Shown: positions 14,135-22,956, counted from the stretch's first letter. The stretch: DNA of 52,322 nt from Cyclobacteriaceae bacterium (GCA_020436145.1 JAGQYJ010000003.1:9681-62002), one strand, 5' to 3'. A program made the numbers and translations. Notes: generated by a model from the sequence alone, not told the origin.

Positions 14135-16999
14135 ATGTCATATAAACATAAACCCACAGTTGTAGAAAGAATAGCAGAAGCCCTGCATTTGATACCCAAT
14201 CTACACAATGTAAAAGATCCCGAAATCCCAAGACTAACTGAACCGGGAGACCTGACCGCATACCCTCCGCCTGAAAAATGGGACAACTGGACAGAATATG
14301 AACCCAAAGGTTGGGGCAAGAAAGAAACAAAAACCTATTCTATTGTGCCCACCACATGCTTTAACTGTGAATCAGCTTGCGGTTTGCTAAGTTACATTGA
14401 CCATGAAACTGGTAAAATACGTAAGTTCGAGGGCAACCCTTACCATCCTGCCAGCCGTGGTAGAAACTGTGCAAAAGGTCCTGCTACTATTAACCAGGTA
14501 GAAGATTCCGATCGGATTTTGTATCCAATGAAGCGCAAAGGCAAAAGAGGCGATGGTGAATGGGAAAGAGTATCTTGGGACGAGGCACTTGATGATATTG
14601 CAGGTAGAATACGAAAAGCGTTACAAGAGAAACGTAATAACGAAGTGGCCTACCATGTAGGCCGTCCAGGCCATGAGGGCTACATGGACCGCGTGCTAAA
14701 ATCGTGGAATGTGGATGGCCATAATAGCCATACCAATGTGTGTTCTTCTGGAGCCCGGTTTGGTTATAATATCTGGCATGGGTACGACAGGCCATCAGCG
14801 GATTTTGCCAACGCCAAGTTTATCCTCTTAATTAGTGCTCATCTTGAGTCAGGCCATTACTTTAACCCGCACGCACAACGCATTATGGAAGGTATGATGG
14901 AAGGAGCCAAACTGGCTACCATGGATCCACGTCTGTCCAATACGGCAAGCATGGCAAACTACTGGATGCCTACCAATCCCGGATCTGAAGCAGCGGTTCT
15001 TTTGGCCATGGCCAAGATTATTATTGAAGAAGACATGGTAAACCATGACTATGTCAAGAATTGGGTTAATTGGGAAGAATATCTTGAAAAGGTACATCCC
15101 GATACTAAAGTTACGTATGAGAACTACATTGAAAAATTAAAAGAAGAATACAAGGAGTATACTCCTGAATATGCGGAACAAGAAAGTGGTGTGAAGGCAG
15201 CAACTATTATAAAAGTAGCACACGAAATAGGTAAGGCCGGTTCCCGCTTTGCAACTCATAACTGGAGAAGTGCCGGATCAGGTAATTTAGGCGGATGGGC
15301 TGTTGCTCGTGCGCTGCATTTCCTGAATGTGCTAACAGGTAGCGTGGGAACCGTAGGGGGTACTTCGCCCAGCGCATGGAACAAGTTTAAGCCTACATTC
15401 TTTGATAATCCTCCAGCGCAAAAATTCTGGAACGAGTTACATTTTCCCAATGAATATCCATTGGCATTTTTTGAAATGAGCCAACTTTTACCTCACTTCT
15501 TAAAAGAAGGTCGCGGTAAAATGGACGTGTACTTCACCCGAGTATTTAACCCGATTTGGACATATCCTGATGGCTTTACCTGGATGGAGGCGCTTTCTAA
15601 TGAAGACATGGTAGGTATGCATATAGCACTTACACCCACCTGGAGCGAAACGGCCTACTTTGCAGACTATGTTTTGCCAATGGGTCTGGCTCCGGAACGG
15701 CATGATGTCAACAGCTATGAAACCCATAGTGGTGTTTGGATTGCCTTCAGACAGCCTGTACTTAGGGAATACGCCCGTAGAACGGGTAAGCCATTCACCT
15801 TTACATATGAAGTAAACCCCGGAGAAGTTTGGGAAGAAGATGAATTCTGGATTGAGCTTTCGTGGAGGATTGACCCGGATGGTAGCCTGGGTATTCGTGA
15901 GCACTTCCTGTCTCCTTACAGGAAAGGTGAAAAAATAACCATTGACGAATACTATCAGTTTATGTTCGAAAATGTGAAAGGTCTGCCTGAGGCTGCTGCG
16001 AAAGAAGGCATGAATGCCTTGGACTACATGAAAAAGTTTGGTGCTTTTGAAATTGAAAATGCAGTGTATAACCTTCACATGAAGGAACTTTCAGCCGAAC
16101 AAATGAAAGGTACTACTGTCGATAAGAAAACTGGAGTTATTACCAAAGACGGTTCGCCATTAGGTGTTCAGGTGGAAGGTAAAAATGTAGTGGGTTTCCC
16201 AACGCCTTCGCGTAAGCAGGAGTTTTTCTCACAAACTATGATCGACTGGAAATGGCCTGAATACACTGTGCCTACCTATATTAAGAGTCATGTGCATGAG
16301 CAGGAAATGGATCGTGAAAAAGGGGATTTCCCTTTGGTTCCAACTTTCCGTTTACCAGTCTTAATCCACTCTCGTTCGGGTAATGCCAAGTGGCTAACGG
16401 AGATTGCCAACCGTAACCCGGTTTGGATGCACACACAGGATGCAACACGCTTTGGTATTAAAACAGGAGATCTTATTCGGGTTAATACAGACATTGGCTA
16501 CTTTGTAGATAAGGTTTGGGTAACAGAAGGAATGAAACCCGGAGTGGTAGCATGTTCTCACCACCTTGGAAGATGGAGAAGGCCACAGGATAAAGAGGCG
16601 AACCGTTGGGCAACCAATACGGTTAAGATCGAGAATGCTGATGGTAAGTGGAAGATGAGTACCATTTCAGGAATTAAGCCTTATCAAAGTAGCGACAAAG
16701 ATTCGAAGCGGATATTCTGGAGCGATGGTGGCGTTCATCAGAACATTACTTTCCCGGTGCACCCCGATCCTATCAGCGGTATGCACTGTTGGCACCAAAA
16801 AGTAAGGATTGAGGTGGCACATCCGGAAGATAAGTATGGTGACATTATGGTGGATACCAATAAATCGCATGAGGTTTATAAAGAATGGTTATCTTGGACC
16901 CGGCCGGCACCTGGCCCTAATGGGGAGAGAAGACCGATCTGGTTCCACAGGGCGCTTAGGCCTGCACCTGAAACATTTTATATAAAGGACAAAAAGTAG
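14135..16999 (+). CDS. molybdopterin (bis-PGD) oxidoreductase catalytic subunit without Tat signal; SoeA-like candidate
   Basis: 954 aa. FS0 motif C75-x2-C78-x3-C82-x29-C112 (TTCFNCESACGLL...GRNCAKG). Candidate Mo-ligand Cys203 sits in HTNVCSSGA. No RRxF twin-arginine motif or hydrophobic leader in the first 74 aa. The general family call is confident (0.9); the Soe-like subtype is inference (about 0.4). Confidence 0.9.
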   Translation: MSYKHKPTVVERIAEALHLIPNLHNVKDPEIPRLTEPGDLTAYPPPEKWDNWTEYEPKGWGKKETKTYSIVPTTCFNCESACGLLSYIDHETGKIRKFEGNPYHPASRGRNCAKGPATINQVEDSDRILYPMKRKGKRGDGEWERVSWDEALDDIAGRIRKALQEKRNNEVAYHVGRPGHEGYMDRVLKSWNVDGHNSHTNVCSSGARFGYNIWHGYDRPSADFANAKFILLISAHLESGHYFNPHAQRIMEGMMEGAKLATMDPRLSNTASMANYWMPTNPGSEAAVLLAMAKIIIEEDMVNHDYVKNWVNWEEYLEKVHPDTKVTYENYIEKLKEEYKEYTPEYAEQESGVKAATIIKVAHEIGKAGSRFATHNWRSAGSGNLGGWAVARALHFLNVLTGSVGTVGGTSPSAWNKFKPTFFDNPPAQKFWNELHFPNEYPLAFFEMSQLLPHFLKEGRGKMDVYFTRVFNPIWTYPDGFTWMEALSNEDMVGMHIALTPTWSETAYFADYVLPMGLAPERHDVNSYETHSGVWIAFRQPVLREYARRTGKPFTFTYEVNPGEVWEEDEFWIELSWRIDPDGSLGIREHFLSPYRKGEKITIDEYYQFMFENVKGLPEAAAKEGMNALDYMKKFGAFEIENAVYNLHMKELSAEQMKGTTVDKKTGVITKDGSPLGVQVEGKNVVGFPTPSRKQEFFSQTMIDWKWPEYTVPTYIKSHVHEQEMDREKGDFPLVPTFRLPVLIHSRSGNAKWLTEIANRNPVWMHTQDATRFGIKTGDLIRVNTDIGYFVDKVWVTEGMKPGVVACSHHLGRWRRPQDKEANRWATNTVKIENADGKWKMSTISGIKPYQSSDKDSKRIFWSDGGVHQNITFPVHPDPISGMHCWHQKVRIEVAHPEDKYGDIMVDTNKSHEVYKEWLSWTRPAPGPNGERRPIWFHRALRPAPETFYIKDKK

Positions 17000-17000
17000 A

Positions 17001-18740
17001 TTGAAGAAGAGTACCCTACATAGAGTATTCCCCTTCCTGGCCTGGACCGGAAGGGTAAATAAGGATACGCTAAAGGCAGATTCAATAGCTGGCCTTACGG
17101 GCGCTATTATTGTGTTGCCTCAGGGTATTGCTTTTGCAGCTATAGCGGGTATGCCACCTATCTATGGTCTGTACACAGCAATGGTCACTCCTATAGTAGC
17201 GGCACTTTTTGGCTCTTCATGGCATTTGATTTCGGGGCCAACGACAGCTATATCACTGGTGGTTTTTGGAACAGTGAGCAAATTTGCAGTTCCGGAAACA
17301 CATGAGTATGTTCAATTTGTATTGACGCTTACATTTCTGGCCGGAGTATTTCAGCTGGCCATGGGGTTGGCCAGATTAGGAACACTTGTCAACTTTGTGT
17401 CCCACTCTGTAGTGGTTGGGTTTACGGCAGGAGCGGCAATTTTAATTGCCACGAGCCAGCTTGGCAAAGTGTTTGGCATAAGCGTATCACGAGAGGGTGA
17501 CTTTATTGGTAAATGGGTAAGCATTTTTAATGGTGTACCTGACACTAATCTTTACGTGTTTGGTGTGGCAATGGTAACACTGATTTCTGCTTTGGTGCTC
17601 AAAAGGTTTGCCCCCCGGGTTCCCAATTTACTTACAGCTATGATTATTGGAAGCCTGTTGTCCTATTTTGTCAAAGGGAGCGTTCATGGTGTAGAATTGG
17701 TTGGTAAGCTGGACTCCACACTGCCTCCGTTTTCGATGCCGGATTTTGCCCGTATTGAAATTGAAGAGCTTGCGCCTTATGCTTTTGCTGTAGCTTTGCT
17801 TGGTCTTATTGAGGCAGTTGCCATTGGGAAATCTATTGCCTCTAAATCTCATCAGCGCATAGACGGAAATCAGGAGTTTATTGGTCAGGGGTTATCTAAT
17901 ATTATTGGTAGTTTTTTTTCAAGTTATGCGGGCTCCGGTTCCTTTACGCGTTCGGGAGTTAATTATACAGCAGGTGCAAAAACACCAATGGCGGCCATTT
18001 TTGCTGCATTAATGCTCATGTTGGTGCTGCTGCTTATTGCACCACTTACTGCATATTTACCCATTGCGGCTATGGGGGGTATTATATTGCTGGTTGCCTA
18101 TAATTTGATTGACTTTAAGAGTATAAAACAAATTGTTAAGTCAGGTAGCGCAGAAACAGCTGTTTTTGGGGTAACCATGCTTTCAACGCTTTTACTGGAA
18201 CTGGAATTTGCCATTTATCTTGGGGTAATTATCTCATTAATTTTTTACCTGCAGCGTACAGCCAGTCCGCATGTGGTGACACTGGCTCCTGATAAAGACA
18301 ATGAGCACAGGGCATTTGTTGATATTGAAAACAAGCCAATGCCTACATGCCCCCAGCTTAGGATTATTCAAATTGATGGCCCGTTGTTTTTTGGTGCGGT
18401 GAGTAAAATGGAAGATAAGTTAGGGGCTTTATATGACCAAGGAGAGCAGAATCTTTTAATTGTTGGTAATGGAATAGGAATGATTGACCTTGCCGGTGCC
18501 GAGTTTTTGGAAAGAGAAACCTATAAATGGCATAACTCAGGGAGGGGACTTTATTTCTGTTCCTTAAGTAAACCAGTACAAAAGTATCTGGAGAAAGGGG
18601 GTTTCATGGAGCATATTGGTAAGGAAAATATGTTTGAAACCAAGCTTACGGCACTCAAATCAATTTATGCCAGATTAGACAAAGGTATTTGCAGTACATG
18701 TACTGCGCGAATATTTAATGAGTGTAAAAATGACAAGTAA
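17001..18740 (+). CDS. SulP-family sulfate/anion transporter with C-terminal STAS domain
   Basis: TTG start 1 nt after the upstream stop. The N-terminus is typical of SulP (..FPFLAWTGRVNKDTLKADSIAGLTGAIIVLPQGIAFAAIAGMPP..). It has a polytopic core and a STAS domain (..IIQIDGPLFFGAVSK..LIVGNGIGMIDLAGAEFL..). Confidence 0.9.
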   Translation: MKKSTLHRVFPFLAWTGRVNKDTLKADSIAGLTGAIIVLPQGIAFAAIAGMPPIYGLYTAMVTPIVAALFGSSWHLISGPTTAISLVVFGTVSKFAVPETHEYVQFVLTLTFLAGVFQLAMGLARLGTLVNFVSHSVVVGFTAGAAILIATSQLGKVFGISVSREGDFIGKWVSIFNGVPDTNLYVFGVAMVTLISALVLKRFAPRVPNLLTAMIIGSLLSYFVKGSVHGVELVGKLDSTLPPFSMPDFARIEIEELAPYAFAVALLGLIEAVAIGKSIASKSHQRIDGNQEFIGQGLSNIIGSFFSSYAGSGSFTRSGVNYTAGAKTPMAAIFAALMLMLVLLLIAPLTAYLPIAAMGGIILLVAYNLIDFKSIKQIVKSGSAETAVFGVTMLSTLLLELEFAIYLGVIISLIFYLQRTASPHVVTLAPDKDNEHRAFVDIENKPMPTCPQLRIIQIDGPLFFGAVSKMEDKLGALYDQGEQNLLIVGNGIGMIDLAGAEFLERETYKWHNSGRGLYFCSLSKPVQKYLEKGGFMEHIGKENMFETKLTALKSIYARLDKGICSTCTARIFNECKNDK

Positions 18741-19047
18741 TCGTCAGGCACATCAGGGAGAGTTGGAAAAAGCAGCTTTTGTTTTGAAAACGATTGCTCA
18801 TCCAACACGGCTTGCTATAATCGATTTTCTTTCCAAAGAGGGTAGAAAAACGGTTTCGGAGATTTGTACCTCTCTTGACCTGGAACAGTCACTTGCTTCA
18901 CACCATTTGAACACAATGAAGCTAAAAGGTGTTTTAGGAAGTACCAAGGAAGGAAAAAACAAATACTACTATTTAAAGCTTATGGAGGTTACACAAATTA
19001 TAAGTTGTATTGACGATTGTGACCTTTCATTTAACATTTACGATTAG
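18718..19047 (+). CDS. ArsR/SmtB-family winged-helix transcriptional regulator
   Basis: LKTIAHPTRLAIIDFLSKEGRKTVSEICTSLDLEQSLASHHLNTMKLKGVL is the ArsR HTH core. The start (ATG 18718 or 18730) overlaps the SulP 3' end. Confidence 0.85.
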   Translation: MSVKMTSNRQAHQGELEKAAFVLKTIAHPTRLAIIDFLSKEGRKTVSEICTSLDLEQSLASHHLNTMKLKGVLGSTKEGKNKYYYLKLMEVTQIISCIDDCDLSFNIYD

Positions 19048-19111
19048 AAAAAAAGAAATATCATCTAAACAACCATAACAATGTTTAAACCTAAATTAAA
19101 CTCAATTAATT

Positions 19112-19684
19112 ATGAATAAGGTAATTGAATTTATCCAGCAACCGTGGCCCTGGTGGGTATCAGGACCGTTGATTGCCTATATCATGTTTTCCTTGTTGTA
19201 TTTTGGAAAAGGGTTTGGGTTATCTACTAACTTCAAAACTGTATGCAACATTTTGGGAGCAGATAAGTTTTCAGATTTTTTCAAATTTGACTGGCGGGAC
19301 CAGATTTGGAACCTGGTATTTGTTACCGGAACAATTATTGGCGGATTCCTTGCTGCGCACTATTTAACACCTTCCCAGGTGGTGGCTATTTCTCCAAGTA
19401 CCATTGCTGATTTGAAAGCAATTGGGGTTGCCAACCCCGGAGCATCTTATGAGCCGGAAATGTTTAATGCTGAAAATGTATGGTCATTACGAAGTATGAT
19501 CTTTTTATTGGCAGGTGGATTCTTTGTAGGCTTTGGAACGCGCTATGCCAACGGGTGTACCTCGGGGCATGCTATTAGTGGCTTAAGTAACCTGCAAAAA
19601 TGGTCGTTGGTAGCGGTGGTTGGTTTCTTTATAGGAGGGCTAACTATGACCCACCTGATCATGCCTTATTTAATGAAACTCTAA
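19112..19684 (+). CDS. YeeE/YedE-family sulfur-compound transport protein, N-terminal-half type
   Basis: 190-aa membrane protein with the family Cys motif ..RYANGCTSGHAISG... Confidence 0.8.
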   Translation: MNKVIEFIQQPWPWWVSGPLIAYIMFSLLYFGKGFGLSTNFKTVCNILGADKFSDFFKFDWRDQIWNLVFVTGTIIGGFLAAHYLTPSQVVAISPSTIADLKAIGVANPGASYEPEMFNAENVWSLRSMIFLLAGGFFVGFGTRYANGCTSGHAISGLSNLQKWSLVAVVGFFIGGLTMTHLIMPYLMKL

Positions 19685-19696
19685 AAAATTATTATA

Positions 19697-20110
19697 ATGA
19701 AATACGTACGTTTTTTTATAATGGGTATCCTTTTTGGGATCATCCTCAGCAAAAGTGAAGTAATTTCCTGGTTCAGGATTCAGGAAATGTTTAGGTTTCA
19801 GAGTATCCATATGTATGGTGTAATTGGAACAGCCGTAATAACCGGTATTCTGGTTATTCAGTTTATTAAAAGAACAAAAATGAAAGATGCCCAGGGCCAA
19901 TATATCCAGGTAGTGGAACAGGAACCGGGATATGCACGCAACCTGATAGGCGGGACCATTTTTGGCTTGGGCTGGGCCTTAACGGGAGCTTGCCCGGGAC
20001 CATTGTTCATACTTCTTGGTCATCAGGGCTTGGTTTTTCTAATACCTTTGGCAGGGGCAGTACTTGGCACTTTTGTGTACGGTATTTTACGGCCTAAGTT
20101 GCCACACTAA
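19697..20110 (+). CDS. YeeE/YedE-family protein, second-half type (DUF6691-like)
   Basis: 137-aa membrane protein with ..GLGWALTGACPGP... It starts 12 nt after the first half-gene. Confidence 0.75.
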   Translation: MKYVRFFIMGILFGIILSKSEVISWFRIQEMFRFQSIHMYGVIGTAVITGILVIQFIKRTKMKDAQGQYIQVVEQEPGYARNLIGGTIFGLGWALTGACPGPLFILLGHQGLVFLIPLAGAVLGTFVYGILRPKLPH

Positions 20111-20144
20111 TATTTTTAGTTCGCTTCATGAAATTAAAATTGTG

Positions 20145-20172
20145 AAAGAGGTTTTTTTAAAACCTCTTTTTT
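20145..20172 (+). terminator. intrinsic terminator closing the 12485-20110 unit (may also serve the convergent M23 gene)
   Basis: AAAGAGGTTTT-ttt-AAAACCTCTTT is an 11-bp perfect stem, followed by a T-run (20167-20172). It sits between the convergent stops at 20110 and 20171. Confidence 0.7.
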
Positions 20173-21460
20173 ATTTCCCACCAAATGAAGCGGGCTGAGT
20201 TTGTGATGGGTAAGGAATTGTATTTAACTGAATTTTAAGGGCGGCAACAGCCAGTTGGAAATCATCCATTGCTTCTTCTTTTATTGGTTCAGAAGCAGGT
20301 ATCTGTACTTTCAGAGCATCTACCTGGTAACCGCCCTTCCAAAACCGGTAGCACACATGGTTTCCATTTGCCAGCCCTGTACTTCCTACAAAACCAATAG
20401 TTTGTCCTTGCTTCACATGGGCTCCCGGCCTCATGCCCGATGCAATTTTAGACATGTGCAGGTACTGGGTAGAGTACATAGAGTTATGCTTGATCTTGAC
20501 ATAATTGCCATTATACTTGGAGTACTGGGCCTCCACTACAACACCGTCTCCCACGGTACGGATAGGAGTACCTTTAGGAGCGGCAAAATCAGTTCCCTTG
20601 TGTGCCTTGTACCTCTTTTGAACTGGATGATACCGGTTTCCTGAGTAGCGCGAACTGATTCTGCTAAACTTTACAGGATATTTCAAAAATGCTTTTCTCA
20701 GGCTTTTGCCTTCTTCGTCAAAGTAATCAATTCCAGTACCCTGGTCATAATAGTAGGCATAGTATTCAAAACCATTATGCTCAAACACTGCTGCTTTAAT
20801 TTTTTTAATTCCAATTTGTTTACCTTCCACTAATTCTTCATCGTAGATCACCTTAAATCTGTCTCCGGGATACAACCGAAAAAAATCTATTTGCCATGCA
20901 AAAACATCGGCAAGGTCGTTTGTAAGGACAGGTGAGAGCCCCATTTCTTCGATGGTTACAGCTAAAGAACTCTGAATAAGACCGGAAGCTGTTCTTTCTT
21001 CAATGGATATCTGCTTAGACCCTGCTTCCACATAAGCGCTGTCTTCCAGATGAAATATTACGTAATCAACATCATTTGGATAATAGACCATGGCCTTAGC
21101 TGTCATCAGGCTATCTGTATAGCATACAATATCGTAAGGCTTATGCACACCCATTTTACGCAGATCAAATACTCCTTTAGCCCTGGTGCTTAAATCATGA
21201 ATAGTTTCTTTAGAAACATTATGAGAAGCAAGTATATCCGAAAGGTACTGGTTTGCATTTATGGTGCTGTGCACCACCTGCATGGAATCGATAGGTATTC
21301 CATGCAAGAAAGTTGGTTCCGGGATAACCACTAATGTATCTACCTCCTGCTCGTATGCCTCAGTCTCTTCTTCAAAGTTTCCTTGCCTGGGAACAAAAAG
21401 ATATATGGCTATTGAAGCAATAACAAGCAAGACAATACCCAGCCAATAGAAGAGTTTCAT
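20171..21460 (-). CDS. M23/LytM-family peptidoglycan metallopeptidase with N-terminal anchor
   Basis: HKGTD (HxxxD) at residues 287-291, ..VKIKHNSMYSTQYLHMSKI.., and GFVGSTGLANGNHVCYRF. The last block reads H-V-C where the canonical motif is HxH. Confidence 0.85.
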   Translation of the reverse strand: MKLFYWLGIVLLVIASIAIYLFVPRQGNFEEETEAYEQEVDTLVVIPEPTFLHGIPIDSMQVVHSTINANQYLSDILASHNVSKETIHDLSTRAKGVFDLRKMGVHKPYDIVCYTDSLMTAKAMVYYPNDVDYVIFHLEDSAYVEAGSKQISIEERTASGLIQSSLAVTIEEMGLSPVLTNDLADVFAWQIDFFRLYPGDRFKVIYDEELVEGKQIGIKKIKAAVFEHNGFEYYAYYYDQGTGIDYFDEEGKSLRKAFLKYPVKFSRISSRYSGNRYHPVQKRYKAHKGTDFAAPKGTPIRTVGDGVVVEAQYSKYNGNYVKIKHNSMYSTQYLHMSKIASGMRPGAHVKQGQTIGFVGSTGLANGNHVCYRFWKGGYQVDALKVQIPASEPIKEEAMDDFQLAVAALKIQLNTIPYPSQTQPASFGGK

Positions 21461-21497
21461 AGGTTAAAACAAGTAATCATTAAAAGGACCCCAAACA

Positions 21498-22895
21498 TTA
21501 AATTTCTGTCTGTTTCCAATTTCCACGCTTAAAAATCGCCACAAATATAATAGCAGCCAAAGAAATTGATCCTAATATGGTTATAAATACCCCTTCGGCT
21601 CCCAAATTTAACGTAACGGAAAGTAGGTAGGCAACGGGAAGCTGGAATATCCAATATGTAAAGAAATTTATCTTGGTTGGGGTCTTGGTATCACCAGCTC
21701 CATTAAAAGCCTGACTAATGACTATTTCATAAGCAAAGAAAATATAGCTTATGCTTATGTATTTTAAAGCCAACATACCTGTATGCAATACGTTACCTTC
21801 AGCATTGAAAAAAGAAACAAGGGGTTCGGCAAAAAGCCACATTATAGTTGCTACAATAAGCATAAATACAAGATTGTACTGGGCACTGCGCCAAACTGAC
21901 CGCTCGGCTCTGTCAGGTTTTCCGGCACCCAAATTTTGACCTACCAGGGTTGAGGCGGCATTGGAGAGACCCCAGGAAGGCAGTATTGTAAACATAATTA
22001 TTCGGAAACTAATGGTATAACCTGCAACAACGTCACTTCCAAACAGGGCAATAATACGTACCAGGAAAATCCAGCTGGCTGTACCAATCAGGTACTGGCC
22101 AATTCCACCAAGCGAAACGTTGATTAACCTAAGAATAATGTTCGGTTTAAACATTAGATTATGGCGCTTTATAGTCACCACACTACCTTTATTGAACAGG
22201 TGATAAAGCTGGTACAGAACCCCGGTGCCTCTTCCAATGGTTGTGGCAATGGCCGCGCCTTCAACGCCCATTGCTTGAATAGGCCCGAAACCGTGTATTA
22301 AAATAGGATCGAGGAGGATATTAATACCATTGGCAAGCCAAAGGGTGCGCATAGCAAGTGAAGCATCGCCTGCTCCACGAAATACTGCATTGATGAGAAA
22401 AAGCAACATAATGGTCAGGTTGCCTCCAAACATCCAACGGGTATAGTTTTGCCCCTGGGCAATAAGTTGTTCACTTCCTCCCATCAGCCTTAAAATATCA
22501 GGAGCGTAAATAAGGCCTGAAATACCCAAAACAGCAGAAACACTAATTCCAAGCAAAATGGACTGCCACGCTGCATCAGCAGCCTCCTCGGGTTTCCCTT
22601 CGCCTATTCTGCGGGCAACCATTGCTGTGGCTGCCATGCTTATGCCAATAGCTATGGCAAAAACGAGCATAATCACAGATTCCGTAAGGCCAATAGTAGC
22701 AACGGCATCAACACTTACCTTAGATACAAAGTATATGTCAACCACAGCAAAGAGCGATTCCATAACCATTTCGAGCACCATAGGAACAGCCAGCATAAAA
22801 ATGGCCCTGTTCAATGACCCTGACGTGAAATTATGTTCGGTACCTGCTATGGCTGTTCTCAGATCACGAAAGAACCTGCTAATATTTTCTGACAT
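21498..22895 (-). CDS. MATE-family efflux transporter
   Basis: 465 aa with 12 predicted TM helices and a typical MATE N-terminal block (..LAVPMVLEMVMESLFAVVDIYFVSK..). Confidence 0.88.
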   Translation of the reverse strand: MSENISRFFRDLRTAIAGTEHNFTSGSLNRAIFMLAVPMVLEMVMESLFAVVDIYFVSKVSVDAVATIGLTESVIMLVFAIAIGISMAATAMVARRIGEGKPEEAADAAWQSILLGISVSAVLGISGLIYAPDILRLMGGSEQLIAQGQNYTRWMFGGNLTIMLLFLINAVFRGAGDASLAMRTLWLANGINILLDPILIHGFGPIQAMGVEGAAIATTIGRGTGVLYQLYHLFNKGSVVTIKRHNLMFKPNIILRLINVSLGGIGQYLIGTASWIFLVRIIALFGSDVVAGYTISFRIIMFTILPSWGLSNAASTLVGQNLGAGKPDRAERSVWRSAQYNLVFMLIVATIMWLFAEPLVSFFNAEGNVLHTGMLALKYISISYIFFAYEIVISQAFNGAGDTKTPTKINFFTYWIFQLPVAYLLSVTLNLGAEGVFITILGSISLAAIIFVAIFKRGNWKQTEI

Positions 22896-22956
22896 GGATG
22901 CGGTCGCCTGGTTTTGATTTTAACCCGGCAATAATAACCAAATGTGTGAAGAAAGT

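Noticed and set aside
14135-16999. Selenocysteine recoding in the molybdoenzyme
   Set aside because: The ORF is uninterrupted. The candidate ligand codon at 14741-14743 is TGT (Cys), not TGA, and I noticed no SECIS-like hairpin.
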